Positions 44,583 to 54,956 are shown, counted from the first letter of the whole stretch. The stretch: DNA of 63,491 nucleotides, filler included, from an uncultured bacterium (GCA_964609495.1; 28 parts of 28 records of this genome joined end to end with filler, not necessarily neighbours in it); one strand, 5' to 3'. Notes: generated from the sequence alone by a model not told the origin. Translations and numbers: made by a program.

Positions 44583-44611
44583 ATTATATCACAAAATAAA
44601 AATTTTGTCTA
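44583..44611 (-). promoter_or_regulatory. sigma70 promoter 18 bp from the repeat end
   Basis: TAGACA-17 bp-(TGn)TATAAT on the minus strand. Confidence 0.8.
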
Positions 44612-44629
44612 GAAAAAAATACTATGGAG

Positions 44630-44722
44630 TAAGCATGTAGAATATCGTGCTAGCGGTTTTGAACTCCCTTAAATCACCCTCCCCTAACCCCTCCCGTCAA
44701 GGGAGGGGAAACTGAAGAGAGC
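44630..44722. repeat. Repeat-family copy (TAAGCATG terminus)
   Basis: TAAGCATGTAGAATATCGTGCTAG...CCCCTCCCGTCAAGGGAGGGG. Confidence 0.85.
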
Positions 44723-44921
44723 NNNNNNNNNNNNNNNNNNNNNNNNNNNNNNNNNNNNNNNNNNNNTTAATTAATTAANNNNNNNNNNNNNNNNNNNNNN
44801 NNNNNNNNNNNNNNNNNNNNNNACACCTATCCCCTCTATAGAGGCGAATCGAGACAAGTTAGAGCGCAAGTGGAAAGTAGGCAAATACAAAGCTGATAGA
44901 GCTAGTTAAGAGGAGTAAGAA

Positions 44922-45116
44922 ATGGTCGAAATTCTAAGAAATATTACATCAGATAATATTTTAGCAATCCTTATTTTTGGACTCTTAGGACTAGGTTGCG
45001 CATTTCCCGTGTCTTGGGTCATCATTTCATTGTTACAGCGAAAAGACGATCAAAATGACATCGGATCCAAAATCGTCGATACTATAATTGTAATAAATGA
45101 TAAGGGAGCGATATAG
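44922..45116 (+). CDS. Small single-TM protein of FtsK cassette 2
   Basis: GAGGAG RBS; hydrophobic stretch. Confidence 0.65.
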   Translation: MVEILRNITSDNILAILIFGLLGLGCAFPVSWVIISLLQRKDDQNDIGSKIVDTIIVINDKGAI

Positions 45117-45119
45117 AAA

Positions 45120-46484
45120 ATGGAGAATCTTAGATCAATATATCAGCGAATCTATGAACTCTTAGATCTCTATTCTATAAATGCAAAATTAGGAAAAGAG
45201 AGGATCGGAGTCTCAACGATCACAATCCCTATATACCCCGATATCCGAAAAGCTAAGATCCTTAGTAATTTAGAGACCGAATTATCACTTTATCTAGGTT
45301 GTAATGTATCGCTGGTCAGAGGTCCGGGTCGCTATGATATAATAATTCCTAGATTTGAAAAAAAAGAATTAAAACTCTCAAAACTACTCTCAAGATTGCA
45401 GAGAATAGACAAAGCTATATATAATGATCCCTTAACACTAGTTTTAGGTGTAAATCATCGGAATCAGTTAATAGTAATTAAGATCGGCACTCCTCAAATA
45501 CCACACTTAGCGATTCTAGGCTCTAGTGGGAGCGGTAAGACAGAATCCCTACGCTCTATCCTATATCAGCTTAACGATATGAGTAAAGTAATCTATACCC
45601 CTAAGACTGATCTTGACGCTTTTCGACGCTCCGAGCAACTACTCTATGGAGATATCGCTAAAGAGATATCGGATTTTGAGACTATCCTTAGCGACCTAGT
45701 CGCCACTATGAATTTGAGAGCTAAAACTAGAAAACACAAAAGCCCGATCCTACTGATAATTGACGAACTTACATCTCTTTTAGCTAGATCAGATAAAGCT
45801 ACTTTTCTATTAGAGCGACTGAGCGAACGGGGTCGGAGTGAAAATATAATTCTTATTTTGGCTACTCAAAGCGGTAAAAAAACGGTATTTGGCAACAGTG
45901 ATGTGCTGAGGGAAAATATAACTACTCGACTTTGCTTTCGCACTATGAATAAGCGAGAATCTACTACCATAAGCGGTAATTCAGATATTGATTGCTCTAA
46001 CCTAGAGGTAGGAGAGGCGATTCTGGTAGGATCGAGCAGATCTCAAACGATATCTACCCCACTTTGCGATCAGCTCGGAGACGGGGATAGGACTTATGAG
46101 AATATCCTCTACTCACCCTTGCAGGTCGTTAAAGGCGGGCTTGACCAGTCTGGACAAAAAAACGCAAAGGATATAGATGAGCTTGGGGATATCCGAAAAT
46201 TTGAGAATTTACCAGAGAAAATAAAAAAATATCTCTTGAGTGATAGAGGAAAAGAGCAAGGTATATCGAAAAGTATATTGGTAAAGGAATTAGACCAGTC
46301 TCAACCTCGATCACTTGAGATATTAAGGGAATTAGATCAGCTTGAGATCTTAGGGGATAAGAAAGCTCCGAATTTACCCTCTCCGATCAATTCGGATCGG
46401 TTAGGGGAACTGGTTAGAGGGGTTGATCGGTTAAGTGCTGGTTATCCCCAAGAGCTAACCAGTGAAAAAGCTGGTATATCCTAG
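45120..46484 (+). CDS. Soluble FtsK/SpoIIIE-domain ATPase, paralog of 15476-16831
   Basis: PHLAILGSSGSGKT, LLIIDEL, RGRSENIILILATQ; gamma-like C-terminus nearly identical to cassette 1. Confidence 0.88.
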   Translation: MENLRSIYQRIYELLDLYSINAKLGKERIGVSTITIPIYPDIRKAKILSNLETELSLYLGCNVSLVRGPGRYDIIIPRFEKKELKLSKLLSRLQRIDKAIYNDPLTLVLGVNHRNQLIVIKIGTPQIPHLAILGSSGSGKTESLRSILYQLNDMSKVIYTPKTDLDAFRRSEQLLYGDIAKEISDFETILSDLVATMNLRAKTRKHKSPILLIIDELTSLLARSDKATFLLERLSERGRSENIILILATQSGKKTVFGNSDVLRENITTRLCFRTMNKRESTTISGNSDIDCSNLEVGEAILVGSSRSQTISTPLCDQLGDGDRTYENILYSPLQVVKGGLDQSGQKNAKDIDELGDIRKFENLPEKIKKYLLSDRGKEQGISKSILVKELDQSQPRSLEILRELDQLEILGDKKAPNLPSPINSDRLGELVRGVDRLSAGYPQELTSEKAGIS

Positions 46485-46611
46485 CTTTCCTATCAGTTAA
46501 TTAAATGATCAAAATTCGGTGCTTTGAGAGTTGAAAGTAATAGGATCTAATCAAATATTAAAAAACTAACCAGAGAAAATAAACCTTAAAACAAAGGATG
46601 GTGAATCAAAA

Positions 46612-46884
46612 ATGAGATATTTAGTTGCAGTCGGTCGAGGCGTCGGAGTAGCATTGCTTTTTCTATTCTTAGCGACTTTGTGTTTAGGTGCGAGCGCTAT
46701 CGCAGAGCATTATAACAATATACGACTTGCTTATACCTTTCATGACGGAGGAATCGCTATAGGAATCTTAGGCTTGGTGATATCGACTCTCGTAGTTTTT
46801 AGCGGTTGTGTAACTGCTAACGCTGAATCTATGAACAGTAAATCCTCCGAGCCTAGAATCATCATTATTAACGGAAAAGAGATT
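46612..46884 (+). CDS. 2-TM membrane protein (3' truncated), homolog of 14966-15421
   Basis: MRYL.AVGRG.GV...HDG.IAIGILG...SGCVT.NA shared. Confidence 0.75.
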
Positions 46885-46984
46885 NNNNNNNNNNNNNNNN
46901 NNNNNNNNNNNNNNNNNNNNNNNNNNNNTTAATTAATTAANNNNNNNNNNNNNNNNNNNNNNNNNNNNNNNNNNNNNNNNNNNN

Positions 46985-47625
46985 CGGGTTGTGCTTTGAT
47001 AGGCGGAGAGACCGCGGAACTGCAAGAGTTCTACAAAGAGAGGGAATATGACCTCGCTGGTTTTGCCGTGGGTATAGTCGAGCGAGAGGAGATCATAGAT
47101 GGGTCTAAGATCTCCCCTGGGGATAAGATCGTTGGGCTAGCAGGGAATGGATTACATAGCAGTGGTTATTCTCTAGTGCGAAAAGTTTTACTAGAGGTAG
47201 CGGAGTTCGATATAACCGCTTATATTCCGCTGTTGGGAAGAACCTTAGGGGAGGAATTGCTAGAACCAACCAAGATTTATGTAAACTTAATACATAGTTT
47301 ACTACCCGACTTCTCTCTAAAGGGGATCGCCAATATAACTGGTGGTGGATTTCCTGATAACATCGTTCGGATACTTCCCCTAGGGGTTAAGGCGGTTATA
47401 GATAGGGGTAGATGGGAAGTTCCTCCAATATTCGATCTGGTCCGTAAGGAGGGAAATATCCGAGAGACGGAGATGTTCAGGGTATTCAATATGGGGATCG
47501 GGATGATCTTAGTAGTCCCAGAGGAGGAGGCGAAGGCTGTAGCAACTAAGGTAGAGGAGAGGGGAGAGAGGGCTTATATCATAGGTCACATAGAGGAAGG
47601 AGAGCGAGGGGTGATAATAAAGTGA
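46985..47625 (+). CDS. purM: AIR synthase PurM (5' truncated)
   Basis: LIGGETAE, YDLAGFAVG, ITGGG, FNMGIG. Confidence 0.96.
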
Positions 47626-48230
47626 TCAACATAGGGATCTTAGTTTCGGGCCGAGGCAGTAATATGGAGGCGATAATCAAGGCTTGTGAGGATGGCAGGA
47701 TCGAGGGGAGGGTTGTAGTTGTCATAAGCGATGTAGAGGACGCTTATGCCTTAGAGCGAGCGAGAAGGCATAATGTCGAGGCGGTCTATATCGCTTCTGG
47801 GAATTATAGGGCTATCTTAGGGAGAAAAGCTGAGGAGGGGTATGTAGCTTGCCTCAAGGAACACAAAGTCGATCTACTCGCCTTAGCTGGATTTATGCGG
47901 ATGATCAAAAAGCCTCTATTCAATGCTTTTAGGGGAAGGATATTGAATATTCATCCTTCGCTTCTTCCCTCTTTCCCAGGCTTGGAGGCTCAAAAACAGG
48001 CTTTAGAATATGGCGTTAAAGTATCTGGTTGCACGGTTCATTTCGTGGATGAGGGGATGGATGCCGGTCCTATAATCATCCAAGCGGTGGTGCCAGTTAG
48101 GGATGATGATACGGTGGAGAGCCTATCCGAGCGCATCTTAAAGGAGGAACATAGAATCTATCCCGAGGCGATAAAGTTGGTTAGCGAGGGGAGGGTCGGA
48201 GTTGAGGGGAGAAGGGTGATAATAGTTTAG
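47622..48230 (+). CDS. purN: GAR formyltransferase PurN
   Basis: SGRGSN, LAGFMR, NIHPSLLP, DAGPII. Confidence 0.97.
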   Translation: MINIGILVSGRGSNMEAIIKACEDGRIEGRVVVVISDVEDAYALERARRHNVEAVYIASGNYRAILGRKAEEGYVACLKEHKVDLLALAGFMRMIKKPLFNAFRGRILNIHPSLLPSFPGLEAQKQALEYGVKVSGCTVHFVDEGMDAGPIIIQAVVPVRDDDTVESLSERILKEEHRIYPEAIKLVSEGRVGVEGRRVIIV

Positions 48231-48306
48231 CAAGGCATTGACATTGTCGATAAAGATCGGTTATAATGATATTAATGAAGATATTTAAGCGAAAGAAGGG
48301 AATTTA

Positions 48307-48855
48307 ATGAAGAGAATATCCTTACTCGTAGTAGTATTGACACCCTTGATATTTCTTATCTTCACCAATTGTTTAGCTCAAGATAGCGAAGCCTCTGCCG
48401 ATAAGGAAGCTGAAAAAACTCCCGCCGAGCGTTTGCAGGAGGCGAAGGGGTTCTCCGCCTTGAAGAGCAGATATCCAGCTTTGGATCCTGCCAAGGCCTC
48501 TATCGTAGGGAAGAAGGATGAAGAGGATAAAGGAATAGTGATCACTTCCTTGGGAGCTCCTCTTCCCGATCTAACTCAAGCCAATGAGAATTGGACTCCC
48601 TACCTGGGAGTGGAGATGAACGACAATGCCTATCTAGTTAGGATAAGGAATCTTCAGGGTGAATATCCTGAGGAGGAGATATATATCCTCCAACTTCAAC
48701 TCGTCTTCTTTGAAGAAGGAGGAGGTATGAAAGGAAGTATTCCTCAAAATTTCGTGGTCAGAGTTCCTGAAGGATTGACTATTGAAGAGGTGATGAGGAA
48801 ACGCTTTCTTGATAGCACTGATATAATCAACGCTATTAAGAGCGCTACGTTCTAA
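48307..48855 (+). CDS. Secreted hypothetical protein
   Basis: Signal peptide; own promoter TTGACA(48238)-18 bp-TATAAT. Confidence 0.7.
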   Translation: MKRISLLVVVLTPLIFLIFTNCLAQDSEASADKEAEKTPAERLQEAKGFSALKSRYPALDPAKASIVGKKDEEDKGIVITSLGAPLPDLTQANENWTPYLGVEMNDNAYLVRIRNLQGEYPEEEIYILQLQLVFFEEGGGMKGSIPQNFVVRVPEGLTIEEVMRKRFLDSTDIINAIKSATF

Positions 48856-48922
48856 CCCAGCTTTGATAGATAGAGGAATTGCTCTGAGTTAGGAAACCTC
48901 ACGCAGGGGTATTAAAGAAGAA

Positions 48923-49041
48923 CGCCCATATTCGCATAAGATGCGCTAGACCGATCTAATATGAGTGAAGGGAGTAATTTTCCCCCTCACCCTAGCCCTC
49001 TCCCACGAGGGGAGAGGGAACATCCAGATAGAACTACTCTT
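48923..49041. repeat. Repeat-family copy
   Basis: Inverse match to 42705-42818. Confidence 0.8.
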
Positions 49042-49141
49042 NNNNNNNNNNNNNNNNNNNNNNNNNNNNNNNNNNNNNNNNNNNNTTAATTAATTAANNN
49101 NNNNNNNNNNNNNNNNNNNNNNNNNNNNNNNNNNNNNNNNN

Positions 49142-49310
49142 CTAAAGCCCTTTAGTCCCCCCTCCCTCGATGGGAGGGGGTTAGGGGGAGGGTGATAATT
49201 AACAAGATTCTTTGATAACCTTATTAATTCAGCAAGAACCAAGACGGGAGGGGTTAAGGGGGGTGATTTAAGGGAAGTTCAATTTCCCAGCACGGAGTTT
49301 TACATGCTTA
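49142..49310. repeat. Repeat-family copy with a duplicated arm and CATGCTTA terminus
   Basis: Inverse match to 12080-12147, with an extra module shared with 57856-57905. Confidence 0.85.
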
Positions 49311-49318
49311 CAAATCGC

Positions 49319-49348
49319 TTGACATAGACAGTTAGAAAATGATATAAT
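49319..49348 (+). promoter_or_regulatory. sigma70 promoter 8 bp from the repeat end
   Basis: TTGACA-18 bp-(TGn)TATAAT. Confidence 0.8.
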
Positions 49349-49383
49349 AACCTTAGCGAATCTATAAGAAGAGATATAGAGCT

Positions 49384-50979
49384 ATGAGCCTCAAAGTAGA
49401 AAATATTTTTCACCCCCGCTTCATAATCTCCTATCTTCTATATTTTACTTTAACTCTCTTAATAGGATTGTCAATGACTGTATCTGGGCCAGGAGTTAGT
49501 CCTGATTCCGTTTGGTATATAAGTGCGGCAGAGAATCTGCTTAAAGGAAAAGGGTTAGCTGGAAGTATAACCGCTTCCTTGGATATATCGGAACTTACCC
49601 CCTACTCCGCTTGGCCCCCTCTATATCCTCTCTCGATAGCTTTCCTCTCTTCCCTAAAACTAGATTCGACCTCGGCCGCCAGATTCTGCTCGATTCTACC
49701 CTTCGCGTTCCTGATGATTCCCCTATTTATGATGGGAGTTTTAATCTCCAATTCTAAGGTAGCTCATCTGAGTTGTATTACTTGTATGTTTTTAACTCCT
49801 TTAGTATCTGTCTCCACCTATGCTTGGCCCGAATCTTTATATATCTTCCTCTCCAGCTTGGCGATACTGTCCTTGTTGCTCTTCACCCAACGGACTGGAG
49901 TGAGAAGTGGATTCGCCTTTCTTCTAAGCGGACTCTTCATCAGTTTAGCCATTCTAACTCGATATATCGGGATTACACTCCTGCTTATGGGGATAATCGC
50001 GATATTTCTCAAAGATAGGAGGATAAATACCAGAAATATTAGAAGGATCATAGCTCTAGGTGTAATATCGCTTTTACCAGTGAGTATTTGGTTTATTAGA
50101 AATATTCGGGTTACTGGTTCTCTCTGGGGAATATCACGTCCTACTGTCACCTATGGTCTGCTCGACAATCTCGCTCTTCTCTCGAAAACGCTGATAGCTG
50201 ATCTTCTCCCCTCTCCTAGTCCTGCCCTTCAATCCAGTTGGGATAAGATCACTCCTCATCTCACCTTAATATTTATAGCTATTTTGGTCATTATATTTAT
50301 AATTTCTCTAATTATCTCTCCTTCCCCAAGAAGTAGGTTGAAACTATTTCTCTCGAACAGTCTGGTTCTATTACTATATGGACCTATATATCTTTTGAGC
50401 TTGTTATTTTTAAGATCCACAATGGGTTTTCAAAACTTTGAGACGCGCTTAATAACTTCATCTTACCCCTTTTTAGTAATTTCATCGATCTCGCTCTTTT
50501 ATATCGTTCTGCGTTATATGAGGGGAAATAGAATTAAATTATATATAAGTAGCTTATCCATACTACTCTTCTTGCTCTTTTTATCTTTTCAGATTTTGCA
50601 CACTCTCCGTTACTACAATTATGCAAAAGATGGGCAAGTATATACCAACATCGTTTGGAGGGAAGACGAAGCTATCCAATGGATCAAGGATAATACTGAC
50701 CCCCAAGATCACATTTATAGCAATTATGCTGATGCAGTTCATTTTCTAACTAAGAGATCGGTCAAATATCTCCCCTTTAGAGGTGCGGAGGAATCCGTCA
50801 GATATTTCTTTGCCAAAGAGAGAGGAACTGTGAGGACTTACGTGATCGCTCTTAAGGAAGTTGGTTGGAAAGGGTACGTGCTTACTAATGATGACATCAT
50901 GGAGAACAATAAAAAGTATAAGACCCTATTTGTTATTAAGGATTTTCCTCGAGCGGTAATCTATAAATTCAAGCAGTAA
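49384..50979 (+). CDS. GT-C (ArnT/PMT-like) glycosyltransferase
   Basis: SPDSVWY, WPPLYP, E.LY, RYIG motifs; polytopic. Confidence 0.8.
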   Translation: MSLKVENIFHPRFIISYLLYFTLTLLIGLSMTVSGPGVSPDSVWYISAAENLLKGKGLAGSITASLDISELTPYSAWPPLYPLSIAFLSSLKLDSTSAARFCSILPFAFLMIPLFMMGVLISNSKVAHLSCITCMFLTPLVSVSTYAWPESLYIFLSSLAILSLLLFTQRTGVRSGFAFLLSGLFISLAILTRYIGITLLLMGIIAIFLKDRRINTRNIRRIIALGVISLLPVSIWFIRNIRVTGSLWGISRPTVTYGLLDNLALLSKTLIADLLPSPSPALQSSWDKITPHLTLIFIAILVIIFIISLIISPSPRSRLKLFLSNSLVLLLYGPIYLLSLLFLRSTMGFQNFETRLITSSYPFLVISSISLFYIVLRYMRGNRIKLYISSLSILLFLLFLSFQILHTLRYYNYAKDGQVYTNIVWREDEAIQWIKDNTDPQDHIYSNYADAVHFLTKRSVKYLPFRGAEESVRYFFAKERGTVRTYVIALKEVGWKGYVLTNDDIMENNKKYKTLFVIKDFPRAVIYKFKQ

Positions 50980-51047
50980 GGCCCAATAGGAAGAAAAAAT
51001 TGGAGGTGGTAGTGAGGCTGGCGAAAATCCCTTGGGTATGCTATATT

Positions 51048-51195
51048 GGTCTTTGAGCAGATAATCGGAGTATCATATTCTTAGTTTTTCACTAAGGGAG
51101 TTCAAGATATGATTTTCCCCCTCACCCTATCCCTCTCCCACGAGGGGAGAGGGAACACTGAGATTGAACTAAAGCCCTTTAGTCCCCCCTCCCTT
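51048..51195. repeat. Repeat-family copy with GGTCTTTGAGC terminus
   Basis: Inverse match to about 55135-55234 and 57935-58073. Confidence 0.85.
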
Positions 51196-51295
51196 NNNNN
51201 NNNNNNNNNNNNNNNNNNNNNNNNNNNNNNNNNNNNNNNTTAATTAATTAANNNNNNNNNNNNNNNNNNNNNNNNNNNNNNNNNNNNNNNNNNNN

Positions 51296-51531
51296 GAACT
51301 CAACTAGGACAAATCTTAGAGAGAGTATCAGAAAATAAGGAGCGATTTCTTATAAAAAGAAGAGGAAAACCTACCGCAGTAATTTTAGGAATAGAGGACT
51401 ACCTGAAGAATGTAATTAAACAGCCTGATGCATTAACGAAGTTGCAGAAACAGACGGAAAAAAGCGGAGCAAATAGAATGACTTTAGAGGAGATAGAGGA
51501 GGAAATTAAGGCGGTAAGGAAAGGACACTAA
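51296..51531 (+). CDS. Phd/YefM-family antitoxin (5' truncated)
   Basis: Manual translation TQLGQILERV...FLIKRRGKPTAVILGIEDY...MTLEEIEEEIKAVR. Confidence 0.75.
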
Positions 51532-51535
51532 GCCT

Positions 51536-51619
51536 ATGATAAGGGTAGTCTTCGATACCAATGTGGTAATCTCAGCCGCACTTAAAGAAGGAAGTTTACA
51601 ATCGCTCATATCGGAGTAG
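51536..51619 (+). pseudogene. PIN-domain toxin N-terminal stub
   Basis: MIRVVFDTNVVISAAL...* after 27 aa. Confidence 0.75.
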
Positions 51620-51899
51620 CGTACATAGCTAAGGTAGCTTGAATTTCTATCAGCTATGATAAATCTCATCCAGGAGACGGTTGAACGACAATTCTGGCAG
51701 ATCAACCTAGAGCTCCCTATGTCAATATGAGCGATCTAAATATACTCTAACTTAGCACCAGAGTAGGTTAGAGAAGCCTATGATAAGGATATAGGTTTGA
51801 GTGAACTTATTCCCTACTTCTGCACAAACATCTTGACAAAAACTAAATCATTTGTTATTATAGTAATAAATAATACTGTAGTAATTTATAAGGATTGCT

Positions 51900-52736
51900 A
51901 TGACTCTAACAAATACTAAAACTCTATCGGGAAGAGAAACTAAACTTCTTGCTACCTTGAGTAGTCAAGGAAAGATTATCTTCTCCTCTGCTGAGGCTAA
52001 AGAGGTCTTAAAAGAAGAAACTTGCTATGTAAAGCAAGTGCTTTATAATTTGAAGACTAAAGGATGGCTAAAAAGGTTAGAGAGAGGAAAGTATTTGATT
52101 ATTCCTCTTGAGGCAGGACTAGAAGGAGAGTGGTCAGAAGAGCCTTTTGTTATCGCTTCCCATCTGGTAAAACCTTATGCTATCTCTTACTGGTCAGCCC
52201 TGAACTTCTGGCAGTTTACTGAACAGATACCTCGAACTATCTTTGTAAGTTCCCCTACTCAGAGTAGAAAATACAGTGAGAAGGAGATTTTAGGTATTCC
52301 TTTCAAATTTGTGGTAGTGAAAAAGGAAAAGTTCTTTGGTATTACTAAGATATGGATGGGAAGTCATAAGGTTTGTATTACAGATGAGGAGAAAACACTT
52401 ATTGATTGCCTAGACCATCCTGAATACTGCGGAGGAATTGTTGAAGCCTGTAAAGGATTGTGGAATGGATATAAAGAAGGGATAGATTGGTCAAAACTCA
52501 GTGATTATGCTTATAGGATAGGAAAGAAGGCAGTCTTAAAAAGATTAGGTTATCTAGCGGAGCTCTTGGAGTTACCTATCCCTGACTACCTATCTAAGTG
52601 GAGAGATGATATTTCCTCAAGTTCGAGTTATGAGAAGCTAGACCCGACTTTACCAAAGAAGGGAAGATATATTTCTCGCTGGAAGTTACAGCTTAATATT
52701 GATAAATACGATTTAATCAACTGGAAGGAAGAGTGA
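51900..52736 (+). CDS. Type IV TA antitoxin AbiEi-family transcriptional regulator
   Basis: GWLKRLERGKY, ISYWSAL...TEQIP, EKTLIDC. Confidence 0.88.
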   Translation: MTLTNTKTLSGRETKLLATLSSQGKIIFSSAEAKEVLKEETCYVKQVLYNLKTKGWLKRLERGKYLIIPLEAGLEGEWSEEPFVIASHLVKPYAISYWSALNFWQFTEQIPRTIFVSSPTQSRKYSEKEILGIPFKFVVVKKEKFFGITKIWMGSHKVCITDEEKTLIDCLDHPEYCGGIVEACKGLWNGYKEGIDWSKLSDYAYRIGKKAVLKRLGYLAELLELPIPDYLSKWRDDISSSSSYEKLDPTLPKKGRYISRWKLQLNIDKYDLINWKEE

Positions 52737-53343
52737 TCGACCTTAGAGAGCTTAAACAAAAATCAGAAAGACTAGGATTAGATATCTCAACTATTGAGAG
52801 AGATTATGCTTTAAGTTGGGCTCTTTTTGGAATATACTCCAGCCCTCTCTTAGCGAAAGCTCTGGTTCTTAAAGGAGGGACAGCCTTAAAGAAGATATAC
52901 TTTGAGAATTATCGGTTTTCACAAGATTTGGATTTTACTGTGAGATTTAAGGATATTTCTGAGCAGGACTTACAAAATAATCTAGTATCTGCTGCTAGAG
53001 AGGCAGAGAAAGCTTCAGGATTAGAGTTTGAGCTTATTTCCTTAGAGAAGATTAGGGATATACCACAAGAGGAAGCGTATGAAGGCAAGATTGCCTTTGT
53101 TGGTCCGAGAAGACAGAAAAGAAGACCAGCCCGAATTAAGCTTGATATCACCTTTTATGAAGAAGTAATGCTGTCTCCATATAATCTTTCTCTAATCCAT
53201 CCTTATTCTGACCGAGAGGATTGCCAGATAATAATACCTGTCTATAGATTAGAGGAGATAATAGCTGAGAAGCTGAGAGCCCTATTAAGAAGGATTAGAG
53301 CTAGGGACTTATACGATATTTGGTATCTACTCAAGTTTGCTCA
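52733..53343 (+). CDS. AbiEii/AbiGii nucleotidyltransferase toxin (3' truncated by the contig end)
   Basis: ERDY, LKGGTAL, RFSQDLDF, AEKLRA, RARDLYD. Confidence 0.9.
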
Positions 53344-53567
53344 NNNNNNNNNNNNNNNNNNNNNNNNNNNNNNNNNNNNNNNNNNNNTTAATTAATTAAN
53401 NNNNNNNNNNNNNNNNNNNNNNNNNNNNNNNNNNNNNNNNNNNAGGGATAAGGACATCTATGTCCTTGAGATTATGTTCCCTGGCTCCTTTAACAAATAT
53501 GGCGTCTGGCATGATGCTTTATTGTAGCATCACTGCTCATGTGGCTCAAAGAAAAGCTAAGGATAAC

Positions 53568-53921
53568 GCTGGCAATAAAGCTCAACCGATATCAACCACC
53601 TTCAAAGTGGAAGAAATAGTAGGAGAAGCGAGGGTCATCCGGGTGCTGAATTATCCTAACCCAGTTAAAGATGGAACTTACTTTACTTATACTCTCTGTA
53701 CTGAGGCGGATGAGGTTAAGATTGAGGTCTTTAATATAGCTGGAGAGCGAGTAAGAACCCTAGAAGATGCTCCAACAGATCCCGGCTTTAACAAAGTCTT
53801 CTGGGATATGATGGACGATGATGCAGAAGAAGTAGCTAATGGACTATACTTCTACCGACTGACGGCGAAATTTACGGATATGAAGGTAGAAAAGATAGGA
53901 AAGATAGCGGTAGCGAAGTAA
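53568..53921 (+). CDS. C-terminal FlgD-Ig / T9SS-type-A-like sorting domain (fragment)
   Basis: AKDNAGN...NYPNP...IEVFNIAGERVRTL...WD...ANGLYFY; true 5' end unclear. Confidence 0.75.
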   Translation, partial: AGNKAQPISTTFKVEEIVGEARVIRVLNYPNPVKDGTYFTYTLCTEADEVKIEVFNIAGERVRTLEDAPTDPGFNKVFWDMMDDDAEEVANGLYFYRLTAKFTDMKVEKIGKIAVAK

Positions 53922-53996
53922 ATAAGTGAAGGAGAGGTTGTCAGATGATAACCTCTCCTCAAAGTTCTAACCATAGCCAGGAAAAGGAGGAAAGAG

Positions 53997-54926
53997 ATGG
54001 AGCTATCAGCAATAAAGAGAGGGAAATTAATTATCATTCTATTGATAGTAGTAGTTTTAGCTGGAAGCTCAACAGCGATGGCCAATAAAGATACGGGAGC
54101 CTTCTTGCGAATAGGAGCTGGAGCTAGGCCCCTAGGTATGGGAGGAGCTTTCGTCGCTATCGCTGATGATGCCAGCGCTACCTATTGGAATCCAGCAGGG
54201 TTAGCTCAGTTGGATAGGATCGAGATAAGCAGTATGTATAATGATCAATTCGGATTAGATATTGACTATAGCTTTATATCTTATACTCAACCTTTGGGCA
54301 ACCAAACTGTAGGATTGAGTTGGATAATGCTAGCAGTGGGAGATATCCCAAAAGTAGAGCAAGCTAGTGAGGATGGGAAGCCGATAGTAGTCGGATATAT
54401 AGAGGATGCGGAGAATGCTATTCTCCTCTCCTATGGGCGGAAGATAACTGAGGATATCTATGCAGGTGCTAACCTCAAGTTTATCTCTCAATTCTTAGGG
54501 GATGACAATTCCAGTGGTTTTGGATTTGACGCGGGAGCTTTATATAAAACCCCTATCGAAAATTTAACCTTAGGGTTGATGCTTCAGGATATAGCAAGCA
54601 GTGTTACCTGGAGTACCGAGAGTGAAAAAACTGAGGATCTTCCTATGCTAACGAAGGTAGGAGTATCCTACAAACTATTAGACGATACTCTAACCCTATC
54701 AGCGGAAGTGGATAACGGACCGAGAGGGAGTGAATTCAAGGGAGGACTGGAGTACTGGTATGCCAAAACGGTCGCACTTCGCTTGGGAATCTCAGGGGAG
54801 AATCTAACCGCTGGAGCTGGGGTAAGGTATAGTCCCAGCAAGAGGGTCTCTTTAGGTTTCGATTATGCTTTCTTGTCCCACGAACTGGGTGACACCCATC
54901 GCTTATCTTTGGGTATTAAATTGTGA
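53997..54926 (+). CDS. PorV/PorQ-family outer-membrane beta-barrel
   Basis: FLRIGAGARPLGMGGAF.A.ADDASA.YWNPAGL; C-terminal DYAF...LGDTHRLS. Confidence 0.88.
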   Translation: MELSAIKRGKLIIILLIVVVLAGSSTAMANKDTGAFLRIGAGARPLGMGGAFVAIADDASATYWNPAGLAQLDRIEISSMYNDQFGLDIDYSFISYTQPLGNQTVGLSWIMLAVGDIPKVEQASEDGKPIVVGYIEDAENAILLSYGRKITEDIYAGANLKFISQFLGDDNSSGFGFDAGALYKTPIENLTLGLMLQDIASSVTWSTESEKTEDLPMLTKVGVSYKLLDDTLTLSAEVDNGPRGSEFKGGLEYWYAKTVALRLGISGENLTAGAGVRYSPSKRVSLGFDYAFLSHELGDTHRLSLGIKL

Positions 54927-54956
54927 TGATCATTCTGATATGCTAATCAGATATAG

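Noticed and set aside
51484-51705. 73-aa minus-strand ORF starting MICQNC
   Set aside because: It is antisense to recognisable Phd and PIN sequences.
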